Source: Octopus bimaculoides (lineage: Eukaryota). Taken from it: a stretch of DNA of 64,000 bases. The notes beneath the pieces were generated by a model that saw nothing but the letters and a program-made list of their open reading frames with translations, was not told the origin of the DNA and made no database searches. The translations under genes and the position numbers were made by a program. The stretch lies in assembly GCF_001194135.2 (NCBI RefSeq), contig NC_068984.1:52185000-52248999 (forward strand). Direction: 5' to 3'. This document shows, piece by piece, positions 42,601 through 54,749 of this stretch; the first letter of the stretch is position 1; the number at the start of each line of letters is the position of its first letter.

Positions 42601-44753
42601 TTATTCACAGTAAGAGAAAAATAAATTGTTGTGAATAATAACATAACACATCATGTGGAAAGTGTTATGTTCTTTGACCTAAAAAGGGAAAACAATATAT
42701 CCATTTTCCTCCCTCCTCACCACTGCCAAACATCATTAAAGAATTCTTTTCTTTGTAGAGAAATAACTAGATAATAAAAAAAATTGTTGCTAAATACATA
42801 GTGTAACAATTAAAATCATCCAGAAAAATTATTTATGAGTATTGAATGAAAGATTAATGTTATTTACAGAAAATATGAGAGAATTATCAGTACATTTCTT
42901 AAAATGTTAGTCTGGAACAAAAATGTGCTGTTTTGTTATATTAAATAATTACTTCTATTGAAGATATAAATTTACTTCTAAATTATGTCTTAGCAAAGTT
43001 TCTTCAATTGATTTCAAACACAAACATGGCTATTTGCTTTGCCTTTAAGTAGACAGAGTAATTGATTAATGAAGTAAATTTAATGTAAAGTAGATTCTGC
43101 ACCAAAATTTTGCAAAACATGCTAATATTTTGAAAACCATGCCAATGTTTTCCAAAACTCGCTAAAATTCTAAAAGCCTGCCAAAATGTGTGCAGAGTTC
43201 TGTATTTTCTATATTTCTATAATCTAGAATGTTTTGAAATAAAAAAAATCAATAGCTGCTTGCACAACAATTTTTTACAAAGCAGTATTTTACAAGAAGG
43301 AAAAAGAATAAAGGTTTTTATTTATATCAAAATACTTTGAACTTTAGCAATAAACATTTTCAAGTAAATCTATTAGCTCATTCATATGCTTTCTGAGTTA
43401 AATATGAAAATTTACAGTACAATATTGTTATTAATGCTTCAAACTAGTTAGATATAGACAAAAATTAGATGTAAGGTTAAGATACCAATGAGTAAAAGTA
43501 AAAATGAGACACTTTGGCCTTTTTAAACAGAGATTGGTTGTAAGATGGAAATATAGTATTCAGTCATGTATTACCCAGTAAAGCTCTTCAGTTTTCTAAT
43601 GTTGAACATGTATAATTAGAATATTGAGTAAATTATGGTTACTTATGCAGTGTTTCTCATTTAAAAGAGCTAAGGACTGTTAGGATTGAAAAAGAGATGG
43701 ACAAATCACTTGGTTTAATAAATTTATTATGATAGTTTTAAACTTTTGAATTTGTCCATGGTAATGGTAAAGAAAGAAGAGTTATGTAAATGCAAGCTCT
43801 CTTTTTACAAGATAAAATGGAAAGAAGTAAAAAAATTTCCCTAATATTTTAGTTTAATGGAGCCTGGCACTTTGAGAACCACTTCTGCAGAAGATATGCT
43901 GTTTTGAACTGCATGTCTTGATGCCTATATTTTAAGATTTTTGTCAGTTATTGCAAATGTTTTAAATTTGTGTTTTATTTACATACATTAAAAAATGTAA
44001 TATACTACATATATTCAATAGCACACTGACAGAGTATTGCAATGAATGATTGCTTGATCAATTTCTTGCTACAGACATGAAATAGCAGCCACTTTACCTT
44101 CACTTCAACTAGCTTTCCCTTAGAATAAATGAAAACCCTTGTCAATTTACCAGTGACAGCATTTGATTTTATTACTTCTGTTTCAAAGAGATATGTATCT
44201 AGTAGTACTGCATACATGCCAACACAGCCGTCATCATAGCACTTGATGGATGGATCAGATTCTTTGGAATGTTACTGTCAGTGAAAATGTTTGTAAAATT
44301 TACATCCTTACCACACACTCAAAGTATATGGTAAACAGGCCATCTCACCAAGCATTTTTCATCACTATAGTGCAGTTTGTTGGGCTCCAGGGTCACTGAT
44401 ATGCCTGCAAACACTAGGAAATATTTGATGACATTGTTTTTTACAGTATGTTGGAGAATCTTCCAGCACTGAGTCAGCATGAGAACACATATCCCTGAGC
44501 AGTGAGGGAAATGTGTGGGAAATTGTGGAAAAAATACAAACTAGCATTTGTCAGTTTAAAGGGTTATGTTGTTGTTGTTGTTATCATCGTTGGGCAAGAG
44601 TCTTCTACGTTAGACTTAGGCTTACCACAACCTTGTCCACAAAATTAACACCAAACAAGTCATCCATTTCTCCCCATAGCAAGCAGTATACAATCTATAG
44701 ATGGGGAGTATACTGTTGACTGAAACTAAGTGAAAGGCTGCCATGTGCATATG

Positions 44754-44815
<62 letters not shown>

Positions 44816-47800
44816 TTACTGATTTACATTTGTGAAGGATATGAACATTGACATGAAAATGAAGTTAGTGCTTTATGAATAGAGGTCCTTAAAATACTTG
44901 TTCTGTATCCATGTTACACACACTCCCTTGTCACTTGTCATCAGAAATGCACTGAACCAGTGATTGGTCTATTGAAAGCCTAAAGCTACTATTGTTCACC
45001 AACCGCAATATACTAGTTGAAATGATTGGGTGTGTGGGTATTTTGTTAGGTATGCAGGTATTTGTAAATACCTCATGGAGTGACGACTGTGCCCTGCATA
45101 ATTATGGGTTGCCCTTTGGCAAGGTATAGAATGCATTCAGCCACCCTGCCAGGGATACAGCAAAGCCATGGGACTGCAGCATGGTGGATTGTGAAGAGGT
45201 AGCAGAAGAACTCAACTGAGCCAATGGTGCTTTTTACATTGATGCTGAGTGGAGGAATCCTAAAAGATCAATAGTCAGGATCACCAAGCTCTATCAAGAG
45301 AGTAACTGCAATACATCAATGGGGGTGACATCCATGGATGTGTAATCAGTTAATTAAAGATTCAGTTTGATTCAAGCTCTCAATTCAAATTCATAATAAT
45401 GGAATTGGATGGAGACAGAGAGTCGTGAGAATCCATGAAAATAACGAAGAAAAAAAATATATAAAAATATATTTATTGTGGATGATGCTTCAGAAATTGT
45501 TGGATTTGGGAATCAAAGCTCTGCTTCAGACATCTTATTTTCCCAATCTTTCACCGAAACGATTTTAATTTTTTCAAATACCTAGACAGTTGCTTGAATA
45601 GTACACATTTTCAAAACCAGACAGTATCATAGAAGCTTTCAAAGGGTTTATAGATTCTATAAACACATTCATTTCTACATGACAGGAATCTATAGTCTTA
45701 CTACATTTGTACTGAATCAAAGCATAGTTTTTCACCTCTGCTTTATATCTTTTCAAACATTGATCCTTCATCATCATCATCATCATCATCACAATCATAA
45801 TCATCATCATGAATTCCAGACAACAAAGCAATGAGACTGAAAACTTTTACAAAACTCTTCACGATTATTATTTAAAAACAGCCATTATGCTCAGAAGCAT
45901 TTACAATATGATAACAATCTTATGAGAATAACTAAATATAATTACATCATCATCCTCATCATTATCATTATCAGCACCACCACCAACTGCCACTACCATC
46001 ATCACCACCACCACCATTATAATTCATCATAGAAATAGAACAAATTACTTTAAAACAACATTAGGAATTTAAACACAAGGATAAATAATCCAGAATCTTA
46101 AACAGTTTTGAAGCAAGGACAATATAAAAACTGACCTTCACAGTAACAGACAACCAATAAATACTCCTGCACAGACTCAATGATAAATAGACCAGTCTAT
46201 TGCAAGAGTTAATTTATTGACAATGAAATAATGGCAAATACAGTATTGTTCATAATTATCAAATTTAATAAGTTAGTGGTTGTGAAATGTAGGCTGCTAT
46301 ACTCTGACCTACTATCACTAATAAATTTATGTTATCTCAAGTCTGAAGTTATATAACCATTACCATTCATATGGTAATCATGAAATATAAATTTCTATGC
46401 CATTTGCATTTCACATGTATTTCAATAGTTGTGTGATTTTATGACTGTTAAAGCATTCAAGAGGATGATTTTCTATAGCAGTTTCAAAATGTCTGAACTA
46501 TATAAACTGGTTACATTTAAGATTATTTCCCTTCTATTTTTCAAATCATGAGTAACACTATCTTTTTTTTTTTTTTTGCTTTTTCTTTCTCTCCACTCCT
46601 CTTTTACTTGGATATTATAAGTAATTATTCTGATTATCTTTACTGAATGCATGCAACAGAGAAACAGACTTGTCTATGATTATGAAACTAGTTGGAAATA
46701 CTAAATATTGAATATACAAACAATATAACCTTTTGAGTTATATGTCTACGATAACTTTTCAGTGAAGAGGAAAAAAGTGAAAAAGACAGGATATAATTTT
46801 TACATAATTTCCTCCCTCATAGGAAAAATAGATGAAACATATAAATAACCAGCTTTGTTTTACTAGTATAATGTCTTGGAAGATAAGCTGTCTTAGATTC
46901 TAAATCCTATTAAATTCTGTCTTTCATAATGCCTTGCTAAACTCCTGGCAATATCTTCAGATTAGCTGTTAAGTGATGAGCTGGCGGAGCCATTAGCATA
47001 CCAGACAGAATGCTTAGTGGCATTTCATCTGTCTTCACATTCTAAGTTCAAACTCTACTGAGGTCAGCTTTGCCTTTCATCCTTTAGGGATTGATAAAAT
47101 AATTACAAGTTAAACACTAGAAGTAATTAACTTACCCCCACTCCCAAAACTGCTAGCCTTGTGGCAATTTTAAAATCACTATCTTCAGATTAGCTATATT
47201 CATTGTTTTTCAAACTTTTTCAATAACCACCCACCTTCTTTAACTACCATTTTTCCAATGACTCCTAGTTATAATTCAACAAAATGAAATACACCACAAA
47301 GTATTTCTGCCAACAACTACTTGCTGTTAACAATTACTTGCACATAAGTCATGTTCATCAATGGAGTGTCAAAACATTCCAAGTACTAATACTGGTTTCA
47401 AATTTTGGCACCAGGCCAGTAATTCTGAGGGAAGGAGTAAGCCAGCTACACCGACCTCAGTACTCAACTGGAACTTATTTTATCAACCATGAAAGGATAA
47501 AATTCAAAATAAACCTCATTGAAATTTGAAATCAGAATGTAAAGACAGACAAAATGCCACAAAGCAGTTTGTCTGGCATGCTAACAATTCACCAACTTAT
47601 TTCGAGTACAGATATTTGTTTCATATTTTAGCAGAAGGATAGCAATTTCATTGGAGGGGTAAAGCCAATTGCATTGACTCCAGTGCTCAACTGATACTTA
47701 TGTTATCAACTCCGAAAGGAGGAAAGGTGTAGTCAACTCCAGCAGCATTTGAACTCAGAATATAAAGCTGGAAATAATTTCACTAAGCATTTTGTCCAGT

Positions 47801-50800
47801 GCGGTAACAATCCTGCCAGCTCGCCACCTATTGAGCACTAATATTACCAGATGGCTTAAGATGGTAAACTGGTAGAGAAAATGCTTAGTGGCATTTTTTC
47901 CAACTTTACATTCAGAGTTCAAATATTGCTGGGGTCAACTCTGCTTTTCTTCCTTTCAGAGTTGATAAAATAAGTACCAGTTGAACACTGGGGTCAATTT
48001 AATCAACTTACCTGCTTCAAAGAAATGGCTGGCCTTGTGATCAAGTTTGAGACCAATATTGCCAGGGGATTTGCATAAAGAATAAAAATTGAAAATATAT
48101 TTCGAAAACAATACTTTTGTATATCATTTATTATTTACAAGCATAAGTAGCATATATTCTATTTGTATTAATATCCACTTTTCCATGGTGGCATGGGTTG
48201 AACAAAATTCATTGAGACAGATTTTCTAACACTGGATGCTCTTCAGTTTTATTTATTTACTTATTCAAATTTCAAAGTTTGTTACTGTTAATATTGGTGA
48301 CACACAAAAGACATCTGTGCTAGTGGCATGTAAAAGACATTCATGCCACTAACTCATAAAAGGTACCTGTGCCAGTAACGCATAAAAAGGCATCCATGCT
48401 GGTGACACATAAAAGGCACCCATGCCAGTGACACTTTAGAAGTACCCATGTATACTCTATGGAGAAGTTAGTGTTAGGAAGGGCATCCAGCTGTAGAAAC
48501 CAAGCCAAAACAGACTGGAGTGTGGTACAGCTCTCCAGCTTACTAGTTCCAGTCAAACTGTCTAACTCATGCTAGCATGATAAACAGATGCTAGATGATG
48601 ATGATGATTGTCATTGTTATTGCAATTAAGGCTAACTAAACAATTTAGCTTAATATTAGATTAAAACTTTTTTAAAGTTAATATTTAAATAATAGACAAA
48701 GACTAAAAAGCTGTACAGATGCAATTTATCACCCACCCAACTGCCTTTTTTGTCCCCAGTACCCACATAGAAATTTTCATCCTTCCCAGAGTGTGATACT
48801 GCCAATTTTGAGAAGCACAGAACTATACCCTCACAATACTATAAAATAGTATTGAGGCTAATGAACAAATCACCATTTACATGCAGCATGTAACTATATG
48901 AATCACTAATAGTTTGAAAAACATATTCTTTTTAAATATACTTCTAACACATATTAATGAAATATTGCTTTAATTAATGTAAATAAATTATGAATTCACT
49001 GCAAGTTTTATTGATTTCCCAGTTGAGCCTTAATCTCTTGCACTGATCAATTAGTGCATCACAAATGTAAGTCTATGTTTTTACAATGTTACAGTTTCAA
49101 TAAGTATAAATGAACGATTGTCTCCACAAATTTCTGAACATTGCTCATAAAACATGCCAGAGTTATTAGAGTATTTGTTAAGTTAACGTTATGTCGAGTC
49201 TCTTTCATAGGATTCTAAAATCCTACATACCTTTCGTTTTCTTACCTCCATAACACAACTATCTTCAAGACAAGATTGGTGGCATGGTTTCAACATCAAT
49301 TAACTTTTTGGCAGTATCTTTTTCAATAGAGGTCACTTTTATGCTGGATAAATAAGATGTTCCTTACTTTTCCAGTCTTTATATTTCATTTATCAAGCTA
49401 CTTCTTACTTATTTGTTATTAGTTTCTAGTTTATTTAGAATTATTCAACTGAATTACATTTTATTTTCATTTCTTGTTTGAATTATATACTTCTGGCAAT
49501 ATATCTCATTTGCTATACCACCTGCAGGGAAATCATTACTTTAAAAACATTACGCTCTCTACTTTTATTCTCATCTATTACAATCTATTGTAACAGTCCT
49601 TTTTTCTAACAATATGCTCATTATCCTAGTTACTGCCTTTTTCCTAAAACCCTTTTAAGAAATCAATTCAAAGAAGGAGTCTCTAAATGGTTGCTCAAAA
49701 TAACAGCCAATTTCCTTCAGATCATACATCCTACAATCTTAAAAAAAAGGTAGGGCATATTCAACAATGTAGTACTGAATATCTAAGATCACAAGTGGAA
49801 CGTTTTCAATCCTAGATCAATTTGGTTAGGAATAAGCTGGGCTAAACAACGACTTTTGACAAGTTCTATCCTTTAACACATGATATTCATTGTTATTTAA
49901 TGCAGAGTGGCAGAAAGAATAGAACATCTTACTAAATCAAAGTATTTGTTTCTGCCTTAAGGGATGATAGGAATTTTGTTCAAATCCCTTTCCATTTTCT
50001 GAAGTTCAATAAAATAGAAACCTTGTCATGCTGGAACCTTCTATACAGTTCTCAAGCCACTAGAAATAGCAACACAATTTCATCAATTCAAACTCTACAA
50101 TCTTAAAAACAAAGGACACATTTGCCAATGCTTCATAGATACATACAAAAAGGATAAGTTGTTCAAAGCTGAAAGAACTTTGATCATAGAACTTGTCCAT
50201 GGAAATGGAACTAGTAGGAAATGCTAAAAATTAAATGCATAAACAATATAACATTTTGAATCACTTGCCTACAATGAAAAGAAAAAGTGATAAAAATAAA
50301 ATTAAATAATTATGATATAATACAGTTCTATATTTAAGAGATGAGGAATTATATACATTATTTATATTATTTACAATTGACGGATATTTGTCCTCATCTT
50401 GTTTGTTGTTAACACAACATTTCGGCTGATATACCCTCCAGCCTTTATCAAGTGTCTTAGGGAAATTTTGAACGTGGGTTCTTATTCCTAAGGTATTTTT
50501 TGATGCTGTTATTATTATATAAAAATATATACTAAAAATAAGATAAATATATATAGGGGGAAAAAAAAACCCGCACATATCGAGCAGAGGTCGGCAATGC
50601 CTGTGCTGAGTTTTAGGTCCAATGAGGCTTGCACAACACCTCACAGACCCTCTCCACTTTATTGACATTATCCAGAAACAAGCCGGAGCAAGATGTCTGG
50701 TGCCAATATGAGTCGCAGGCTCAGGGATGTGGGGGCGCCGTGATCTCTAGCACAAACCAAAGATCCCCAAAATGTCCAATGCCATTCTCTGCATATTTGG

Positions 50801-53800
50801 TTTTATATCAGAGTGACCTTCTCCTAGAGACATGCTTCAACAAAAGCTGAGGGGCGCCTCACTCCCAGTGGTCTTTCAGCACACTGGACACCATCCCAAA
50901 ATTTCTGCGTACCCGTGCTATTGCTAGACAGCCATTGAGCCTGCACTAGGTCCATCCGAGCTTTCAACAGGTCTTGTTTTTAATCCTGCCGGGTTTTTAG
51001 CAACCCTCCTCACCAGGGTAGCCTGGTAGGGGTGCCAGTTTAGTCGCCAGCAACCCGACCATGCAACAGGTTGTACTGGATTACATGTTACCAGTAGCAC
51101 TTATGAGAGCCTCATACGTGACCTGACATACATACATACATACATACCAATGTATGATAAGGAATTTAGTGATAAGAACATTTGTGGGTGCCACCTTAGT
51201 GTATGACCTACTCGCCATATACATTTTAGCATGCAGTCTACCTCTACTACAAGAATTTTATACTACAGGATGATATAACAAGTTGAATATTATTAAATAA
51301 CGATTAATTATTAATGACATACAGTTGATCATATAAATCTTAATTAAAGTTTGAATCCTTTAATGTGACACACTTCGTACAGCATTTTGGAATGCTACAA
51401 ACAAATCTACAGCATCTTTTCTCAGTACTTTCTAGCAACTGTGATCAATGTGTAACTAGAAAAGCTCACTACTGATACTTAGAGGGCTAAAATAGGTAAG
51501 CACAGGTAATAAATTCATAACATGAAAGGTCACAAAACCAGCTGAGATTTCAGTAGACACATCAGGTCATTTTACTGAGTTGACTACAGCTACTGTGGTA
51601 GATAATATGCGAAAGTAGCAACTGTTTATGTATTTCTGCTATGACAAATGTTATCAAATGTAAAAATAACATTTGTAGTTTCATATTTAATTTTACAACA
51701 AACTGCAGAAAGACTGACATAATAGCTATTTGCAAATATAAAGAAAGCATATATGAAAATGCAGATGTAACTGAGTGCAAGAAAAACATATGAAAAAATG
51801 ATCTACTTCATTTGTCCTTTCTGATGAAAACGAATCGAATGACAATCTTGTAAAGAAAGAAAGACACATATGAATCAGCTTACCTTTGCCTCCAGCTCGT
51901 TTTTTCTTGTTTTTGTTCATTTTATTATTCATCATATCATTGCTTTCACAAGGTATTGTGCAAGCTAATGTTTTCTCTTTTTTACCACAATTACTTCCTG
52001 TTCTCCGGCCAATTTTTTTACCAGATCCACAGGCACCCTCATTTGCTTTACATTCATCAAAAACCCATTTGGAACAATTTTTTCCTACAAAATAAAAGAA
52101 AGTATGCATTTTAAGTTAATTTTTTTTTCTATAACTGGCCATTATGTTTCAGATATGAAAAAATAATTTTAGTTGAAGAAAATATACAATGCTAAATGCC
52201 CATACACTAAAATACAATATAACTTCCAAAAGTAATGTAAAGTTAAAACATATTTCTATGCAGTGAAATGGAGACAATGCATATCTGAAGTGGAAAAATA
52301 GAAACATGATTTACTTATTTCTCTTGGTGAAGAATCTTATTTGTATATTAGCAACAACTAAACCATTTTCCTTCAGTAAAGTGAAGACTGGAGATATTTA
52401 ATGTAGTGGAGCAAGAAATTTTAGATAATTAAAATTATTTAAAAACAGGATCACTAGGAAGTGTGTTAGAGTATTGTCAGTACAATGTAAACTGAGGGTA
52501 TGCTTTGGTCTTGTTAGACCTCATTAGCAAAACACAGTCTAACTGTTATTGCCAGATCTTAGATGACTAGAGATGTATGTAGAATTTTAGAGAATGAGCA
52601 CTGATTAGCATGATGATTTAAAAGAATGACTGCTGGGTTGGGAATACCAAGGATGCTTAACAATTTACCTTTAGTCTATCTCCACTTCATTTCACAGATA
52701 AACATGTGAGAGTACCCAATAATAACAAATGCAAATAAATTATTCACTTGAAATTTTGTTCCAACAGATTATACATATCTAAATTTCTAACTTAAATATA
52801 AACTACCTTCACGGTGGTGCTCCAGCATGGCCGCAGCCACTTGGCTGAAACCCATAAATAAAATAAAATAACTAGAAGCATTTATATTAAAATCACACTG
52901 TTAACAAAATAACAAATACCGAATGGAACTAGCTAACAGATAATAGAGGTTCTAAAATGCCTCATCACATAAAAATATTATTTCAAATTTTGACAAAAGG
53001 CCAATAATTTCAGGGGAGGAGATGGTGAGTTGATTACACTGGCCCAATACTCAACTGGGCCCCAAAAGGATAAACGACGAAGTCAACCTAGGTGGAATTT
53101 CAACTCAGAATGTGAAGATAGAGGAAATGCTGCTGAGCTAACAATTCTGCCAGTTCACTGTCTTTGATTGCATAAAAATAAGGTTTAACAGAATTCTTTA
53201 TATTCTGAAAAGAAACTGTTGTCTTCAACTGAAATCATACAATACTTTATTGTGATTAGCCGACAACAGATTTAACTTCCAACATGAAAATCATCATCAT
53301 CATATTGATGTCCACTTTTCCATGCTTGCATTAGTTGGATAAAATGTATTGTTGCAGATTTCCTATGGCCAGATGCCTTTCCTGTTGCCAAACCTCACTT
53401 ATTTCCAGAGAAGGTAATATTTCCAAGGCTAGACATGATCTCATGGAATAGTGGAAGTCAAAGATATTGCTTCTATGACTGTGACAATCATTTAAAGTGA
53501 TGCCAAAACAGAGAGAAACAAACGTCCATACACCCACACTCCAACACACACATAGATGTGTATTCTAAACACACACATACACACACACACATGTACATAC
53601 AAAACAGTTTCTATCAGTCAAATCTACTTGCAAGTCTACTGTTGACCTGTGATTATAGTAGAAATCCAAGGTGCCACACATGCATAAACACACTACATAA
53701 AGGTAAAGTAAGTTATCTCCTTAAGTCACACCAGTTCATAAGGGCTGGTTTTCTGGTTTCATGGCATATATATTCCCTACCTAGATAGGATGCTGGTCTG

Positions 53801-54558
53801 TTGCAGGATTACTCATTTTTGCCAGCTGAGTAGACTCGAACAATGTAAAATGAAGTGTTTTGCTCAAGAACACAATATGTTGCCTGGTCCAAGAATCGAA
53901 ACTACAATCTTATGATCATGAGTCCAACACCCTAACTACAAAGCCATGTGCCTCCACAAACACACTACATTCACAACACACACACACACACACGTTCACA
54001 AATTTGAATACCAATTACAGACATCAAGGCAACCTAAAACTCTATACCCATAAGCTAAAGAAAAAGAAATATCAGAAAATACTCTTTTGAAACAGAAGAC
54101 TTGACTAACTAAATAATTTCTAAATAATTCTAAGTAATCATGACATGTATAACAAATTTTAAATATATTTTTCATAAGTAACATATATGACTAGCTAAAT
54201 AAGCTCCAAGCAAAGAACTCTAAATCAACTTAACTAGTACAATAAGCTTTAAGCCATTAACCTAAGTTGAATGATTAACATTCTTAGAATATCTTTTTTT
54301 ATAAATTTCAAAATATCAAGCTTAGATCAAATCTGAAACATTAAAAAGGAAAAAAACACTAAAATTATATGCAACAGCAATTCACAAATGTTTCAATATA
54401 TAACATGATTAATCAAAATATATTTTGTAGAATATTTTCATGATAATCTGCTTACTTTTTAATGCAGCTGCTGGTTTGTCTACTTGTTGGGCTTTAGCTA
54501 CATCTGTCATTCCAAAAGAGACAGACAGAATACATGTAATAATCCACAGGAATTTCAT
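18115..54558 (-). CDS. Midkine/pleiotrophin-family secreted heparin-binding protein, 7 coding exons, 334 aa: join(complement 54456..54558, 51884..52084, 37211..37351, 33385..33519, 21507..21656, 19944..20090, 18115..18242)
   Basis: Manual splicing gives one open frame: [334 protein letters not shown]. All six introns have GTAAG/GTATG donors and pyrimidine-rich YAG acceptors. Cys spacing matches the PTN/MK domains. Confidence 0.9.
18950..19080 (+). mobile_element. Family C tRNA-derived SINE head; another at about 57110-57240 (+)
   Basis: ggtttaatggttaggg (A box)...gagttcaattcc (B box)...ccttgagcaagacactttatttc. Confidence 0.75.
19858..19941. repeat. Compound trinucleotide microsatellite (CTG/CTA/CTT) overlapping the exon 6 donor
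   Basis: Direct reading. Confidence 0.9.
19944..20090 (-). CDS. Coding exon 6: PTN/MK C-domain repeat 4 ([15 protein letters not shown]...CSKKGGK); missed by the ORF track
   Basis: Same 4-Cys pattern; attctag acceptor, GTAAGA donor; 147 nt, phase 1-1. Confidence 0.92.
20625..21355 (-). mobile_element. Family B SINE with internal microsatellite and insert, in intron 5
   Basis: cagtcattagactgcgaccatgctggggcacc...cttgcccaaagtgtcacacagtgggactgaacccagaaccatatggttgagaagcaagc. Confidence 0.8.
21507..21656 (-). CDS. Coding exon 5: PTN/MK C-domain repeat 3 ([15 protein letters not shown]...CKGNVNNK)
   Basis: Same 4-Cys pattern; tttgtag acceptor, GTATGT donor; 150 nt, phase 1-1. Confidence 0.92.
22265..22650 (+). 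mobile_element. Family B-type SINE with alternative tail
   Basis: catggctgtgtagttaagaagtttgct...ccatgttcaatacc head; ...ggaaggacatc...aagcatggacaagtggac tail. Confidence 0.7.
23200..23412 (-). mobile_element. Family A SINE (CpG-decayed)
   Basis: Same body with CG to TG/CA changes. Confidence 0.75.
24020..24655. repeat. Degenerate GTAACA-core minisatellite
   Basis: gtaaca/tgtaac recurs every 15-35 nt in an A-rich background; similar arrays at about 27040-27500 and 27720-27810. Confidence 0.7.
24881..25406. mobile_element. Non-autonomous Buster-type hAT element (MITE)
   Basis: TIRs CAGAGGTTGCCAAA / TTTGGCAACCTCTT; exact 8-bp TSD GTATAGGT at 24873-24880 and 25407-25414. Confidence 0.88.
28567..28752 (-). 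mobile_element. Family A SINE (CpG-decayed)
   Basis: aatcctttcttctgtaggcacaaagcctgaaatttgggg...atcaaccccaaaaagatgaaaggcaaagtcaacctc. Confidence 0.75.
33385..33519 (-). CDS. Coding exon 4: PTN/MK C-domain repeat 2 ([15 protein letters not shown]...CKL)
   Basis: Same 4-Cys pattern; tttgtag acceptor, GTAAGT donor; 135 nt, phase 1-1. Confidence 0.92.
35500..35712 (-). mobile_element. Family A SINE
   Basis: gaccctgaaaggatgaaaggcaaagtcgatgccggtggagtttgaactcagaac. Confidence 0.8.
36420..36690. repeat. (CA)n/(TA)n compound microsatellite
   Basis: Direct reading. Confidence 0.9.
37211..37351 (-). CDS. Coding exon 3: PTN/MK C-domain repeat 1 ([15 protein letters not shown]...CKQGK); missed by the ORF track
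   Basis: CKY-x2-G-x-W-x2-C-x20-C-x9-C; gttacag acceptor, GTAAGT donor; 141 nt, phase 1-1. Confidence 0.92.
37480..37694 (-). mobile_element. Family A SINE, relatively young, 130 bp from the exon 3 acceptor
   Basis: Full-length body with several CpGs retained. Confidence 0.85.
43648..43885. mobile_element. Old hAT-type MITE; related copy at about 39260-39510
   Basis: CAGTGTTTCTCA...TGAGAACCAC ends; internal segment aaaagagatgga...ttttaaactttt...ttgtcca...aagctct shared with 39290-39410. Confidence 0.45.
46972..48055. mobile_element. Cluster of four family A SINEs in orientations +,-,-,+ (about 46972-47170, 47385-47590, 47615-47830, 47855-48055)
   Basis: Each has the gagttcaaa / tttgaactc B-box segment and the aaaggatga body. 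Confidence 0.75.
48170..48610. mobile_element. Two SINE tails in opposite orientation
   Basis: tccacttttccatggtggcatgggttgaac...ttaggaagggcatccagctgtagaaac...ctaactcatgctagcatg...gatgatgatgat. Confidence 0.6.
50600..51140 (-). mobile_element. Dispersed repeat, probably an RTE-like LINE 5' region; related copy at about 8470-8830 (+)
   Basis: Shared (GTAT)n lead-in and ggtaacat.taatccagtacaacctgt.gcatg...ggagtgag segments; family assignment is inference. Confidence 0.45.
51884..52084 (-). CDS. Coding exon 2: PTN/MK N-terminal domain (6 Cys) plus basic linker
   Basis: C-x7-C-x6-C-x13-C-x8-C-x3-C, the same spacing as human pleiotrophin; W and GxRxG conserved; ttttgtag acceptor, GTAAGC donor; 201 nt. 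Confidence 0.92.
52975..53160 (-). mobile_element. Family A SINE
   Basis: aaaggataaacgacgaagtcaacctaggtggaatttcaactcagaatgt. Confidence 0.7.
53290..53960 (-). mobile_element. Adjacent SINEs (family B-type tail and family C)
   Basis: gatgtccacttttccatgcttgc tail; gtgttttgctcaagaacacaat...gaatcgaaactacaatcttatgatcatgagtccaacaccctaac head. Confidence 0.7.
54456..54558 (-). CDS. Coding exon 1: signal peptide and short pro-segment ([34 protein letters not shown])
   Basis: ATG at 54558 lies 4 nt after acceptor tatttcag|catc; hydrophobic N-terminus; donor A|GTAAGC, phase 1. Confidence 0.85.
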
Positions 54559-54701
54559 GATGCTGAAATATAAAGAAATAGATAAATTAATTAATCAGTT
54601 AATTTGAAAAAGAAACATCAACTTCATGAGTTTTGCTCCTCTACACCAGGAGATCTTCAATTAACTATAGATTTAGCATTTTCTTCTGAGCACTACAGGA
54701 T

Positions 54702-54749
<48 letters not shown>

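Noticed and set aside
45574-45831. Cys-containing 85 aa ORF in intron 2
   Set aside because: Starts in a (CAT)n repeat, lacks PTN spacing and has no recognisable family; possibly a TE relic
50400-50460. Hammerhead-like motif on the minus strand (GGCTG...CAGCC-GAAA)
   Set aside because: Core reads UUGAUAA instead of CUGANGA and there is no NUH; at best a dead pLTR remnant. The same applies to 5530-5580 and 4925-4965
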